Of a stretch of 64,000 nucleotides of DNA, positions 19,271-29,070 are shown one piece after another. The first letter of the stretch is position 1, and every line of letters starts with the position of its first letter. Below the pieces are notes generated by a model that saw only the letters and a program-made list of their open reading frames with translations, was not told the origin of the DNA and did not search any database. Source of the DNA: an uncultured virus (IMG/VR IMGVR_UViG_3300005201_000719) (taxonomy: Duplodnaviria; Heunggongvirae; Uroviricota; Caudoviricetes); IMG/VR virus record IMGVR_UViG_3300005201_000719. One strand, 5' to 3'. Made by a program: the position numbers and the translations under genes.

Positions 19271-19645
19271 CTATAATCCAAATGTATTAACGCCCATTCT
19301 AGGCCGGCTTTTTATAAGCCCCATGAGCATTCTTCCGTATTTAGTATTGCCAAGGGCAGCGCCATCACCCGCCGTCTGCGCGAATGATATTGATAGGCCG
19401 CCCTCTGACACGGAGGATACGGGAGCCCCTCCGCCCAATGCCACAGTATCGCTTGCGGCGCCTGAACCGCCGTTCATCAACGTAAATAAATGCGCCGCCT
19501 TGAAAGCGACCGCCTGATTATAAACCGCGCCGAAAAAGTCCCGCGAAGTAACCTCGACCGCCATTCCCAAGTACACTTGCAGGGATGGACTGCCCGATAA
19601 CTCAGGGCAGATGGTCTGAATTATTTCCGCGGGGCTTGCTGACAT
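19271..19645 (-). CDS. Head-tail adaptor (DUF4054-like)
   Basis: AAHL, VSSVSEGGLSISF, TKYG. Confidence 0.8.
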   Translation of the reverse strand: MSASPAEIIQTICPELSGSPSLQVYLGMAVEVTSRDFFGAVYNQAVAFKAAHLFTLMNGGSGAASDTVALGGGAPVSSVSEGGLSISFAQTAGDGAALGNTKYGRMLMGLIKSRPRMGVNTFGL

Positions 19646-19647
19646 GG

Positions 19648-20232
19648 TTATTTGCCCCCTGCTTCTTTAATGGCGGCAATGATTTCGGCTTTGGTGCCTG
19701 ACACGGTAATGTTCTTTTCGGCTGCATAGGCCTTGAGTTCATCTACGGTCATTTTTTCAAAATCCTCTTCATTGCCGGTATTGGCGTCTTCCTCATCGAC
19801 CGTGAGATCAAACTTCGGAATATCCACCTTGAGTTCCTTCATCTTCTCGACAATGCAAAGGCGGATTTCTTCGCGGGTTTCTTCCTTGTACCATTTTACG
19901 AGGGTATCAGGATTGAGGCATTCGCCTACCAGGGCAGCAGCATCCTTCGCCGGCATATTTTTCAGGTTGTGCGCAGTGCCGCCGCTGGGGTTTGTCTTAG
20001 ATTTACCGACGCTCTTTTCAACGGTGGTGATTTCGCCGCGGGCGATCTCCCGGGTAAGGTGTACCTGTATAACCTTCCATTCGTCGTCAGTAACTTCATT
20101 TATGCCGGGAAGCAAATGGATTTGACTACGATCAAGTTTCAACTTTTTCAGTTCTTCGGTAGTCGGTACGAGTGGAACACATTTCATGTGCTCAATTTTT
20201 GGCTGGTATTTAATCAGCATCTTTGTATCCAT
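19648..20232 (-). CDS. Head-associated protein with a C-terminal SAP/HeH-like motif
   Basis: MTVDELKAYAAEKNI...TKAEIIAAI. Confidence 0.6.
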   Translation of the reverse strand: MDTKMLIKYQPKIEHMKCVPLVPTTEELKKLKLDRSQIHLLPGINEVTDDEWKVIQVHLTREIARGEITTVEKSVGKSKTNPSGGTAHNLKNMPAKDAAALVGECLNPDTLVKWYKEETREEIRLCIVEKMKELKVDIPKFDLTVDEEDANTGNEEDFEKMTVDELKAYAAEKNITVSGTKAEIIAAIKEAGGK

Positions 20233-20249
20233 CCTACAAAATAGAAATA

Positions 20250-20269
20250 CCCCCTCTGTACAGAGGGGG
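20250..20269 (-). terminator. Hairpin after the major capsid gene
   Basis: CCCCCTCTG-TA-CAGAGGGGG followed by TATTTCTATTTT on the minus strand. Confidence 0.55.
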
Positions 20270-20282
20270 GTGTGAACCTTTT

Positions 20283-21227
20283 TTAGATTCCGTCCACATA
20301 GCAGAACGCCATCGGGTAGTACACGATAACGCCGGCGCAGCGGCTGTGACAGGGGATAGTATATTCCAGCCCCTGTTGAAGCGGATCGAATTGCTCAAAC
20401 GGCTGAGGCAGTTCGAGGGTGATGTGTTCATCATCAAATATGCCTAACATAGCCCTGTCAGTTTTCCCTTCGCCAGCTCCGGCCAATTCGTTAAGCCATT
20501 CAATGCGCTTAATGGTCGGATTGTTGTCAAGGATATACTTGAGAAGGGTTTTGTCGTTATCACCCAAGCGTTTGTTCGCAAGGAAATTGTAGGTCGCCAT
20601 CGGCAGTAGAAGTGTGTCCGGAACTTCACGGCCGTAGGTCGGAATCATAACGGCATCTGTGATGATGTTGATGTCCCGCAGAATTTGCGCTTCGGTTTTA
20701 TCCTTCCACTTTGTTGAACCTCCGGCGCCGTCTGCCGGCAAAGTGGCTTCGGTAATGCCGGGGTAGCGAAGAAGCCCCTGCACCTTGTGTTCGGCATCGC
20801 CGTTAAGCGCCATGTCATGGACTTTTTCATCATGGGCGCGTCTTGCGGTGATCGCCCGGCGCATTTCAAGATTTGCACCGGGGTTCATGGCGGCGGACCG
20901 TATTTCCATGATGTTGTAGCTGTACGAATCACCGATGCTGTGGACTTTCACCGATTCCTCGGTTCCGTACACGTCCACCCTGGGGAGGTCGTGAGCGTAA
21001 TCGTTGATGATCTTGGCAATACCAACGCCGGTATAGCGCCGGTAATAAATGACGCGCGCACCGGGCCCCGCTTCCGTGCTGATCGGAATAAGCGTCAAGG
21101 CTTTCAGGTCTTTCGGTTTGGCGTCATACGTCTTTGCCTTTATATGCTCAGCAGCTCTGGCAAAGAACAGGGATTCCCCGCGGTCAAGCCGGCTCAGGTC
21201 ACTCCCGCCTACATAATTAGTTCCCAT
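20283..21227 (-). CDS. Major capsid protein (DUF2184/encapsulin-like HK97 fold)
   Basis: DLPRVDV, YNIMEI, PDTLLLP, GVIVYYP. Confidence 0.9.
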   Translation of the reverse strand: MGTNYVGGSDLSRLDRGESLFFARAAEHIKAKTYDAKPKDLKALTLIPISTEAGPGARVIYYRRYTGVGIAKIINDYAHDLPRVDVYGTEESVKVHSIGDSYSYNIMEIRSAAMNPGANLEMRRAITARRAHDEKVHDMALNGDAEHKVQGLLRYPGITEATLPADGAGGSTKWKDKTEAQILRDINIITDAVMIPTYGREVPDTLLLPMATYNFLANKRLGDNDKTLLKYILDNNPTIKRIEWLNELAGAGEGKTDRAMLGIFDDEHITLELPQPFEQFDPLQQGLEYTIPCHSRCAGVIVYYPMAFCYVDGI

Positions 21228-21268
21228 TTTACAACTCCTTCAAGTTAGGGTTTGATTTCCCGGGGGAA

Positions 21269-22012
21269 TTATTTCATGCCTCTGACTTCAATCAGGGCAA
21301 GATTTCCTGTTACACGGTTGCTCCGGAAGAAGCATCCGCAGTCATAATTGTTCGTTGAAACATCCGTAAACTTTCCGGCGTCGTTTCCGGACATGATGAT
21401 GTACGCCGGTTTCTTATCATCCGGACTTGCGGCATCCGCAACGTTGACGAAAATTTTACCCCTGACCAAAACACCGATTGATGTCGCAGCGGGATAATAT
21501 CCGACTTCCTTGCCGTACGCCAGTTGCTCAAGCGCTGCAACGCCAATGAATCTCGATGCGCTGTAAGCCGCAGAGGCAAATGTCGGAGGACTACCACCGC
21601 CCGTTACTACCGCAGAAGCGGTAATGGTAACGCCGGGGCCCTGCAAAATGACGGCGCGGGGAGTACCTTCTACAAAGAAGGCGTCGATTCCCAGGGCACG
21701 TATCTCTTGGCTCTGGTCAACAGCGTTGATGATCTTCTTGATGGTGTCTACCGAACTGTCCTCAAAGGTGATGCCGCTCAGGGTGATACCGTTAACCGTA
21801 ATGGCAACAGAATGGCCTGCAGCGAGATCGGCGGAAGCGGTAAGGGATACCGCGCTTATTTTGGCGCCGTAACCTACCTTGTCATCCCCCACAAAACCGA
21901 ATACGGGATCGCCGGGATAGATGTTCTCTCCGGCAGCAACGGATTCCATTTCATCATGGATTCCGTACTTCATGCCGGGCAGGGCTTTATCAAGTTCGCC
22001 GTATAGATTCAT
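21269..22012 (-). CDS. Capsid decoration/cement protein
   Basis: Between scaffold and capsid genes; ALPGM start, IGVLVRGKIFV. Confidence 0.65.
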   Translation of the reverse strand: MNLYGELDKALPGMKYGIHDEMESVAAGENIYPGDPVFGFVGDDKVGYGAKISAVSLTASADLAAGHSVAITVNGITLSGITFEDSSVDTIKKIINAVDQSQEIRALGIDAFFVEGTPRAVILQGPGVTITASAVVTGGGSPPTFASAAYSASRFIGVAALEQLAYGKEVGYYPAATSIGVLVRGKIFVNVADAASPDDKKPAYIIMSGNDAGKFTDVSTNNYDCGCFFRSNRVTGNLALIEVRGMK

Positions 22013-22015
22013 TGA

Positions 22016-23266
22016 TTAACCCTCCGTCTTCTGACCGCGGCTGGTAGCCTGCATACGGTCGATCATTTTCTGCCGGGCAGTGGCAGAGTCATTTTTGTCT
22101 GCGCTTTTGCCCGTGGCAGCTAACCCACCGCCTAAAACTTCCCGGCTTTCACCGTCAGCTTTGGCGTCCAGATCCTCCACAGCGGCGTCGAACCGTGCGG
22201 ACACATAGACTTCATCCTTACCGTCAAGTTTGACGTTCGGATAAACGGCCGTGATAACCGCTTTCTTGATGTCGATGTCGGCCATGTCTTCTTTGACCTG
22301 GACACCAGCTCTGGTAGCGGCGTCTATCAACATCATCTTGGCGTTAACCGCTTCATTGATCTTTTTGGAATCAGCGGCGTTATCCTTGGCCTCTTTGAGT
22401 TCCTTCTCAGCCTTGTCAGCCCGATCTTTCATCGCGTCACGTTCGCCTTCAAGAGACGAAATCGTTTTTGCTTGATCGGCTTTCAACTGGGCGAGAGCCT
22501 TCTCTGCGGAATCGGCGCGGTTCTTCTGGTCCACATACGACTGGCAGAGCTTCTCATCGCCTTCGTACTCCACGCTGTCCAGGGTGATTTTTCTCATTCC
22601 CATTTTCCCAACCTCCGGATTAGTTTTCGGGCTACTGCCCGATTGATATATCTGGACAGCATCCGCGCTATCCATGCGAATCCTTGCGGCATCCCCGGCC
22701 CTTGCTCTGTCCACTATTGCACAGTGGTTATAGCGTATGTTCCGTTGGATGCCATCATAGGCAATACCGCACCAAACCGCGCCGGCAGGTGCCGGCTCAA
22801 AATCACAGGTGTACCCCATTGATAGAGCTGTCTTTCCAGCTTCTACATCAGCGATTGTTTCAGCGTCCGTGACCGTCAGATCTATAGCAACATGAAAGCC
22901 GTCTGAATAAGGCGAACTACGCCCAGTCATATCAGCCCATGAGTCAACATAATTTGAAGGGTTATTCCCAAGATTACCCACCTGATAGATCTTTGCGTTA
23001 TCTGCGGTAATCTTTTCTTGCGGGTGATCATTTGCCAGAGGCTTCATCTTCATGGAGTCCAGGCTTTCACCCGCAAACACTTCTTCCGGAAGACGCAATT
23101 CCCGGGTAACAGTACCGTCAGCATTGAGGTAGGTAAAAACCCCCACGCTGGTAACAATGGCGCGCCCTGTCAAAAACCCCTCGTCGGTCTTCTTGAAAGG
23201 CGTAGTCATCCACTTGCCGGGATCTACGCTGTCTATGCGGTTTACCTTTTTCAGCTCATCAGCCAT
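22016..23266 (-). CDS. Prohead protease/scaffold (DUF2213-like)
   Basis: ELRLPEEVF, LSMGY, QRNIRYNHCAIVDRARAG; coiled-coil C-terminus. Confidence 0.9.
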   Translation of the reverse strand: MADELKKVNRIDSVDPGKWMTTPFKKTDEGFLTGRAIVTSVGVFTYLNADGTVTRELRLPEEVFAGESLDSMKMKPLANDHPQEKITADNAKIYQVGNLGNNPSNYVDSWADMTGRSSPYSDGFHVAIDLTVTDAETIADVEAGKTALSMGYTCDFEPAPAGAVWCGIAYDGIQRNIRYNHCAIVDRARAGDAARIRMDSADAVQIYQSGSSPKTNPEVGKMGMRKITLDSVEYEGDEKLCQSYVDQKNRADSAEKALAQLKADQAKTISSLEGERDAMKDRADKAEKELKEAKDNAADSKKINEAVNAKMMLIDAATRAGVQVKEDMADIDIKKAVITAVYPNVKLDGKDEVYVSARFDAAVEDLDAKADGESREVLGGGLAATGKSADKNDSATARQKMIDRMQATSRGQKTEG

Positions 23267-23287
23267 TTTCTTCTCCGTACTGGCCAG

Positions 23288-23368
23288 AAAATAAAAAAAA
23301 CCCGCTGAAATCGGGGGAGGGTAAAGATACCTCTCTCGGTTTCAACGGGCGTCCGCTTTCCGGTCAGC
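23288..23368 (-). terminator. Leader motif plus intrinsic terminator hairpin (copy 2)
   Basis: Long hairpin CCCGTTGAAACCGAGAGAGG...CCTCCCCCGATTTCAGCGGG followed by T8; 22-nt motif shared with 1460-1481. Confidence 0.75.
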
Positions 23369-23391
23369 CTATTAAATTACTGTCTACACCC

Positions 23392-23422
23392 ATTATAAGG
23401 CAGACATTGCAAATCCTGTCAA
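23392..23422 (-). promoter_or_regulatory. Candidate late promoter for the head/tail operon
   Basis: Consensus TTGACA and TATAAT, but with a long 19-bp spacer. Confidence 0.55.
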
Positions 23423-23440
23423 GCGTTTTTTTTCAAAATT

Positions 23441-23635
23441 TCAGTATTTATCCTTCTGGTACTTCCCCTCCTGGGGGGTTGTAGGGACGCATTCCCTGTA
23501 CCGCTCACGCTTTTCGGTGATAATGTCCACCACTTTCCCGTTTTGCCGCCCGGAAATAGATATGGTTATACTGCCATATTCTATCTCAGTGGCGGCTAAA
23601 ACGACCTCGTCAATGATTTCTTTGGTCAATTCCAT
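23441..23635 (-). CDS. Small DUF2292/YezD-like protein
   Basis: EIEYGSITISISG...KVVDIITEKRER resembles the DUF2292 pattern (by eye). Confidence 0.5.
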   Translation of the reverse strand: MELTKEIIDEVVLAATEIEYGSITISISGRQNGKVVDIITEKRERYRECVPTTPQEGKYQKDKY

Positions 23636-23739
23636 GGTTTTCCCCCACGATTATTGGCCGAAACCGTCAATTCTCCCAAATCCTTACCCATACATACCCC
23701 TCCGAAACCTCCATTTGTTTGAAAAGATATGTTTAACCC

Positions 23740-25788
23740 CTATGGGGCTTTATTCAACGCTTTAAGTTCCCCCTCAGGAATAGGCGAACTGGACGCGATA
23801 ATCTGTTCACTCTCCTTTAACACATAAAAGGCAAATGCCCATAACGGATCAACAGGGCTGTCCGATGAATAAGGATACACCACAAAGCCGTAAGCATCTG
23901 AGAGTTCCTTATAGAAATCACCCAACAGATTATTATAGGTAACCCCGTTTTCGGTAACCGGCGCCAGTTTACCGCTTTTCTCCAGAATTGATCTTGCTTC
24001 CTCTTTGGTCATTTTCTTATCCTGCTTAAATGATACATCATGAGAATCCATTTTATCAATCTTTGTTTTAGGGGGATGGGGCGTTACTACCCCGGTAAAA
24101 TCGATCTTTGGGTTTAAGAAAGCGTTGTCTATGCGGAAAAAATTAAGGTTATATTGACCGTCTGAAGTATACCCAACACGGTCAAGCAGGCGTTCAGCAT
24201 TTGGCTGCCCTATCTGAGGGTCGACAATCCGCAATTTTCCATTTATCACCTCAGCAATATATGTGTGGCCATAACTAGAACCCCTGCCTTCCCACGTCTG
24301 GGATATGGCGAACCTTGCATTTTTGTAACGCCCCATTGCCTTTAAGAAATCGTTTTTATCCACAGCCCTTTCTACTTTTAGTTTTCCTGAGTTACCAATA
24401 AAACATTCAAGGCCTATTTTAACCGGATCTTTTTCCCTGTTTGCCGGGGCCGGCATTGCGGTTACACGATAACCGCGCCTTTGAAGTTCATAAGAGACAA
24501 TACTCCTTTGGCAATTATCGTTATAACCAGCGGCATTGCCATAATTTACATTGGCAACCGCCGCAGAGCTGTCTACGCTCATTGGCTTTCCTTGCTCTAT
24601 GTCTAACTGCGATTCTATAAGCGGTGTCTTTCTTCCATGTTCGTCAGTATACTCAGAACCTCCAATAGATTTGTTTGTTTCAGGCTCATCATCAGAACCT
24701 GAGGCGATATAGCCTTCCTCAAAATCAATATCCCGGTCTACTTCTTCCACCAGTTCCGCCCAATAAGACAATGCTGTACAGCGGCATTGTATATCCTGCC
24801 CCGGATGGAGCTGACACCAATCAGATGGCCTGTCCCTCCATGTTTTGCCGTCCTCTGAATAAACCGTAAAATCATCCCATCGGCAGATTTTCCCTTCCAG
24901 CTCTGCGTGTGATTCGCGGACACGTTCATCAATACAGGTTGACCATTCGTACATTTCAAGGCCGACAGCTTCCATACGCGCCTGTGTTACCTGTCCATTA
25001 AGCTTCCCGATCTGGTCTCTGGCTATAAGGTTTGCCCGACTTGCCTTCATGGATTTGTTAATTTTTTGGATAGCCTGGGTAAGCTGCCCAACGGACATCC
25101 CCCCGGTAACAGCCCTCTCCGTTGCCCTATTGATTCGTTTGATGTAGTCGCTTCCCATGTTTTGAATAAGCGCGTAATTTTCTTCCTGCCATGCCTGTTT
25201 TGTGTTCGGCCACCAATCTTCATAGACCGGGAACTCTACTCCCAGCTCCGCCCTGGCTGCCTTATCCCACTGTTTGGAATTGAAGTCATTCATGGAATCG
25301 GCTATTTTACCCAACCCCATTATCACCTGCGGGGGCGCGTCGCTGGTTCCGCTTTCGTTGACGGGTGGGAAGTAGACGGTGTGCCAACCTGTCAACGATT
25401 TCACCAGACGCCGGTATGTGCCGCCTGGTATTTCATCCTGCCTTATAAGGGTGTCCGAATCGCCGCGGAGGATCGCTTCCTGATTGTTTTTCAGATATTC
25501 ATGGACATAATCTTCTAAGGGTTTAAGCCATGCACGAATAGCGGCGCCGTATCGACGTTCCGTTGCCCAGGGATAGAGCCATTTGGGTTTATTTTTAACC
25601 CGGCCCCGTGAAGCCCTTCCCATTTTTTTTCGCTTGGCGTACAGTACACTCTTTAATGCCTGTCGGTTATATACCAAAGCGTCTGATCTGGTCTGTTTTT
25701 GCAAGGGGCGTTTATCTTCACCTAAAAGCAAATGCACTGCGGATAGAGTTTCTTTATACCAGCGTATCGAGGCGGCATCATGGATCAT
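23740..25788 (-). CDS. MuF (SPP1 gp7-like) minor head protein with a C-terminal papain-like toxin domain
   Basis: RANLIARDQIGKLN, YEWST.DERVRESH and HPGQDIQCRC; then NCQRS...YELQRRGY, GHTY and DPQ. Confidence 0.85.
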   Translation of the reverse strand: MIHDAASIRWYKETLSAVHLLLGEDKRPLQKQTRSDALVYNRQALKSVLYAKRKKMGRASRGRVKNKPKWLYPWATERRYGAAIRAWLKPLEDYVHEYLKNNQEAILRGDSDTLIRQDEIPGGTYRRLVKSLTGWHTVYFPPVNESGTSDAPPQVIMGLGKIADSMNDFNSKQWDKAARAELGVEFPVYEDWWPNTKQAWQEENYALIQNMGSDYIKRINRATERAVTGGMSVGQLTQAIQKINKSMKASRANLIARDQIGKLNGQVTQARMEAVGLEMYEWSTCIDERVRESHAELEGKICRWDDFTVYSEDGKTWRDRPSDWCQLHPGQDIQCRCTALSYWAELVEEVDRDIDFEEGYIASGSDDEPETNKSIGGSEYTDEHGRKTPLIESQLDIEQGKPMSVDSSAAVANVNYGNAAGYNDNCQRSIVSYELQRRGYRVTAMPAPANREKDPVKIGLECFIGNSGKLKVERAVDKNDFLKAMGRYKNARFAISQTWEGRGSSYGHTYIAEVINGKLRIVDPQIGQPNAERLLDRVGYTSDGQYNLNFFRIDNAFLNPKIDFTGVVTPHPPKTKIDKMDSHDVSFKQDKKMTKEEARSILEKSGKLAPVTENGVTYNNLLGDFYKELSDAYGFVVYPYSSDSPVDPLWAFAFYVLKESEQIIASSSPIPEGELKALNKAP

Positions 25789-26033
25789 TTTGCTTCCAAA
25801 ATATCCTTTATTTCTTTTTCACTTATTGACATATTTACCCCGGAGAGTAATGCCATAAATAATTCCAGCCGCTTCCAAGAATCAGAGCTTATGACAATGC
25901 CTTCTCCGTCTTTTCTCCTAACACCGAGAATGGTTGTCATGTCTTGTGCTGTTATACCGTCGCGCTGCCTTTTTTCTTCTTGCTCTTGTGTATTTGGGCT
26001 GCAAATATCTGCTAAGAAGGCTTCAAACTTCAT
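25785..26033 (-). CDS. Hypothetical protein
   Basis: ORF with RBS, overlapping the MuF start. Confidence 0.45.
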   Translation of the reverse strand: MKFEAFLADICSPNTQEQEEKRQRDGITAQDMTTILGVRRKDGEGIVISSDSWKRLELFMALLSGVNMSISEKEIKDILEAK

Positions 26034-26035
26034 CC

Positions 26036-26527
26036 TCAACCTCCGCAGCAATGTTTGTACTTTTTCCCTGATTTACATGGACAGGGATCGTTACGTCCGA
26101 CTTTTTCAGTACTGCGGACAACGGGCTTAGGCGCGATTTTTCCGTCTTCATAAAACCAGCGATCATCCTTCTTTACGAATTTGGCAATTTCGTTGTGGGT
26201 ATTCTTTAGCCCTTTGCGTTCATAAGCAGCCTCAAATACCACAGTACCAGAATTGTCAGCAATACCGCCGCCTTTAACTGTGATGATTTTTAACCCAAGC
26301 CAATTTGATTTCTCGCTCCAATCCTTTATACCGTCCGGATTTATGTTTTCTTTTTCCAGACAAGTATTGATGATGTAATCAATGGCGTGTTTAACATACG
26401 CCGTGTAGCGGCTTCGCATCAGTGCCTCAGCCGTGGGCGGATTTATTTTTCCGGTAAGGTACGGCATACAACAGTCGCGGAATGTTCTTCCGGAACCGCA
26501 AGGACATTGTTCGTTCTTAAAACCCAT
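26036..26527 (-). CDS. ychJ: YchJ-family protein with two SEC-C motifs
   Basis: [52 protein letters not shown]. Confidence 0.9.
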   Translation of the reverse strand: MGFKNEQCPCGSGRTFRDCCMPYLTGKINPPTAEALMRSRYTAYVKHAIDYIINTCLEKENINPDGIKDWSEKSNWLGLKIITVKGGGIADNSGTVVFEAAYERKGLKNTHNEIAKFVKKDDRWFYEDGKIAPKPVVRSTEKVGRNDPCPCKSGKKYKHCCGG

Positions 26528-26528
26528 G

Positions 26529-28136
26529 TTACTTATCCCCCTTCTTTTTTTCTTCCACCTGTTTTTTCAATTCTTCCAGCTCTTCCTTTTCCTCTTCCGT
26601 CAGTTCTTCCTGTTCCTCCAGTTCGGCGATCCGTTCTTCCGGGTCAGGTTCGTCATCATCAGGCTTTGAATCCGGATCGTCCTCAACATCGGGCGGTTTA
26701 TCCGGATCTTCCTCGCCATCATCCGGGGGTTCCTCAGCATCGGGATCATCGGGTACTGTTTTCACCGGGGGAAGTTGATCCTCTTCTTCCGGAACTGGAA
26801 TATCATCAAGTGTTTTACCGAATATCAGGTGTCGCGCCTCGTAAGGCTCCATAATCCCGGCATTGATGTACGCCTGAAATGTTTGCGCCTTAACCTGTTC
26901 GGTGTCGGCATCCAGTTTGTTCACCTCAGCTTGCTCTTTTGGGGAGAGTTGCTGTAGTGGCTTCCAGATTACATAGGGTTCCGGCAAGTTTTGAGATTCC
27001 GCAATTAACCGTACAAGACGCAATAAAACAGGGGCCGCTTCCTCCGTCTGTTTTGAACGTACTTTGTCATAGTAGTTTCGCATATCCGATTCGCCGGTAG
27101 CGTTCATGCCGGCAGGTGACACGCCGAACAACCGCGTTATGGGTATCCCGGTACAGGAAGAAACCAACATGAAAAAGATATGCAATACCTGCGGCAGCCC
27201 GGCAAAGTTTACGTGTTCCCTGATAAAATCATCATCCTTATCAAGATAGACAGAACGAAAAACGCTTTTTGTCATGTCCATTATTTCAACACGTTTTCTT
27301 ATAAGTTCCTGCCCGTCAGGCTGGGTGAGAATCTCCGCAAGGTCACTCAGTTTATATTTGCCAATGCTGAATTCATGGATAAGGTGTCCGACATCACCCA
27401 TTGCACCGCCAACCGTACTCAAATAATCATTTACGTTTTGAATAACGCTTACACCCCAATACCGTTGTTCTTTATCGTACCTGTCGGCGCCCTCCGGTAT
27501 CGGTTCGCCATGTATTTCAATAACCCTGGTATGGTGAACTAAGGTAACCTGCTGTACGCCGTTGGGATTAGCGGATTTGATCGGGTAAAACTCAGGCAGC
27601 CCATAACGGGGTTTTGTGGGATCGGTCTGAAAAACGATACTTGAAAATGTTATATCGGAACGGTCCACTACCCGCAGGTATTCAATACCGCCTTCTTTAA
27701 CACGCTTTGGCACAAGAGGTTTATCCAGCGTCTGGCCGTCGAGGGCTCCGATGATAATAGCCGCGCCGCCGTATAATCTTGCCCAGTAAAATGCCTTTCT
27801 GATTTTTTCGATGGCGCTGACATTTTCCAATATGGCGTTGTATTCATCGGAAAGCTGTTCGGTTTTCAGTTCATCGGTATCCGGGAATTCATATTCCCAT
27901 CCTTCCCGGAACATATCATCCGGGATTGCCTTGATGATATTTGTTCCCAAACCGTCATCTAAGAATAGATTTTCCAGCTCTTCATCTGACAAAATACCGT
28001 TGGCTTTTGTTTTTGTTTGTTTGTTTTTATCCAGTGCGCTTCCCAGTCCCGAAACAAAATTACTCCAGCCGTCTCTAATCATCTGAGCCGTGCGCCGGAT
28101 CATACCGGGTGCTGCCTGCGTGGTATCGGTTTTCAT
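26529..28136 (-). CDS. Portal protein (DUF1073-like) with an acidic C-terminal tail
   Basis: [40 protein letters not shown]. Confidence 0.9.
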   Translation of the reverse strand: MKTDTTQAAPGMIRRTAQMIRDGWSNFVSGLGSALDKNKQTKTKANGILSDEELENLFLDDGLGTNIIKAIPDDMFREGWEYEFPDTDELKTEQLSDEYNAILENVSAIEKIRKAFYWARLYGGAAIIIGALDGQTLDKPLVPKRVKEGGIEYLRVVDRSDITFSSIVFQTDPTKPRYGLPEFYPIKSANPNGVQQVTLVHHTRVIEIHGEPIPEGADRYDKEQRYWGVSVIQNVNDYLSTVGGAMGDVGHLIHEFSIGKYKLSDLAEILTQPDGQELIRKRVEIMDMTKSVFRSVYLDKDDDFIREHVNFAGLPQVLHIFFMLVSSCTGIPITRLFGVSPAGMNATGESDMRNYYDKVRSKQTEEAAPVLLRLVRLIAESQNLPEPYVIWKPLQQLSPKEQAEVNKLDADTEQVKAQTFQAYINAGIMEPYEARHLIFGKTLDDIPVPEEEDQLPPVKTVPDDPDAEEPPDDGEEDPDKPPDVEDDPDSKPDDDEPDPEERIAELEEQEELTEEEKEELEELKKQVEEKKKGDK

Positions 28137-28552
28137 ACTTCCCTCTCATTTCGGTTTACACCGCCTAATTTATCTGCCCACTTCTCAGGGTAGCGGTTGT
28201 AATACCACCTGTTCCTTTTTTCACCTGTCCAGTTCTTGTGAAAAATCCTATCCCAAAGATTGCCGATTGCTGATGGGATGCCAATTACAAGCAGGTACAG
28301 CGGCCCAAGATAAAATGACTGGAAGCTGTGCCCGTTCTCGTGCTTTATCATAGTTTCATCTTCCGTCTTAATTATGATGTAGTTTCCCAACGAAACGCCT
28401 GAGAAAAACTTTCCAAACCAGTTTTTAGGTTCATAGAACCAGTAAATAATCGCGGTTCGCGACAATGTTTCCATTGCACCCAATACCCGAATAAGCAATA
28501 ACGCCAATAAATGCTGTGGTAACTGCCAGATAAATAAAATTATGTCTTTCAA
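28133..28552 (-). CDS. Small membrane protein with an HExGH zincin motif
   Basis: WQLPQ, SLGNYI, KHENGHSFQS.YLGPLYLLVIGIPS. Confidence 0.75.
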   Translation of the reverse strand: MKDIILFIWQLPQHLLALLLIRVLGAMETLSRTAIIYWFYEPKNWFGKFFSGVSLGNYIIIKTEDETMIKHENGHSFQSFYLGPLYLLVIGIPSAIGNLWDRIFHKNWTGEKRNRWYYNRYPEKWADKLGGVNRNEREV

Positions 28553-29064
28553 TTTTTCCTCCCCTGTTGGAAATAGTCTGATGCCAATATTTCATATTCT
28601 TTCAAATCGTACAGTTTATTATCCATCAGTCTTACTTCCTGTCTTTTTATTCCGACTATTCTGCCATTGTATTTCTTTACCCATTCGTCATAGGTTTTTT
28701 CTATTGGGTTCCCAATCACAACCTTGAAGTTGATTTTATTGAACCCGTATTTTTCAAATATGTCCTTGATTGCGGTTAATAAATCTTTCCCGAAAACGTA
28801 CGAATTGTGAGCTGCCTCACCGCCAAAATGTATCGCGTACAAACCGGTAATTAAGTTTGCCAATCGTTCTATGTGGTAGCCAATTACCCCTACAATTTCG
28901 TCGTTGTGGATGGAAACAAAATAGGTTGAATCCCAATTATCTTCCGGCAGTTTGAACGTTTCTCTGTATGGCTTGAGCTGATCAAACTTATAATACAAAT
29001 CAAAAGCAGTGTCGTAAAACAACTGCCTCAGTCTGTCTTCATGCTTTTTCGCATACTCTAACAT
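28549..29064 (-). CDS. GNAT-like acetyltransferase-fold protein
   Basis: IFEKYGFNKINFKVVIGN...YDLKEYEIL resembles the RimJ/L-type C-terminus. Confidence 0.55.
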   Translation of the reverse strand: MLEYAKKHEDRLRQLFYDTAFDLYYKFDQLKPYRETFKLPEDNWDSTYFVSIHNDEIVGVIGYHIERLANLITGLYAIHFGGEAAHNSYVFGKDLLTAIKDIFEKYGFNKINFKVVIGNPIEKTYDEWVKKYNGRIVGIKRQEVRLMDNKLYDLKEYEILASDYFQQGRKN

Positions 29065-29070
29065 AAACCC

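Noticed and set aside
26529..28136. DUF1073 protein as an anti-CBASS (Acb1) factor
   Set aside because: Size, motifs and position after the terminase fit a portal. No fused HxT/HxS phosphoesterase domain was seen.
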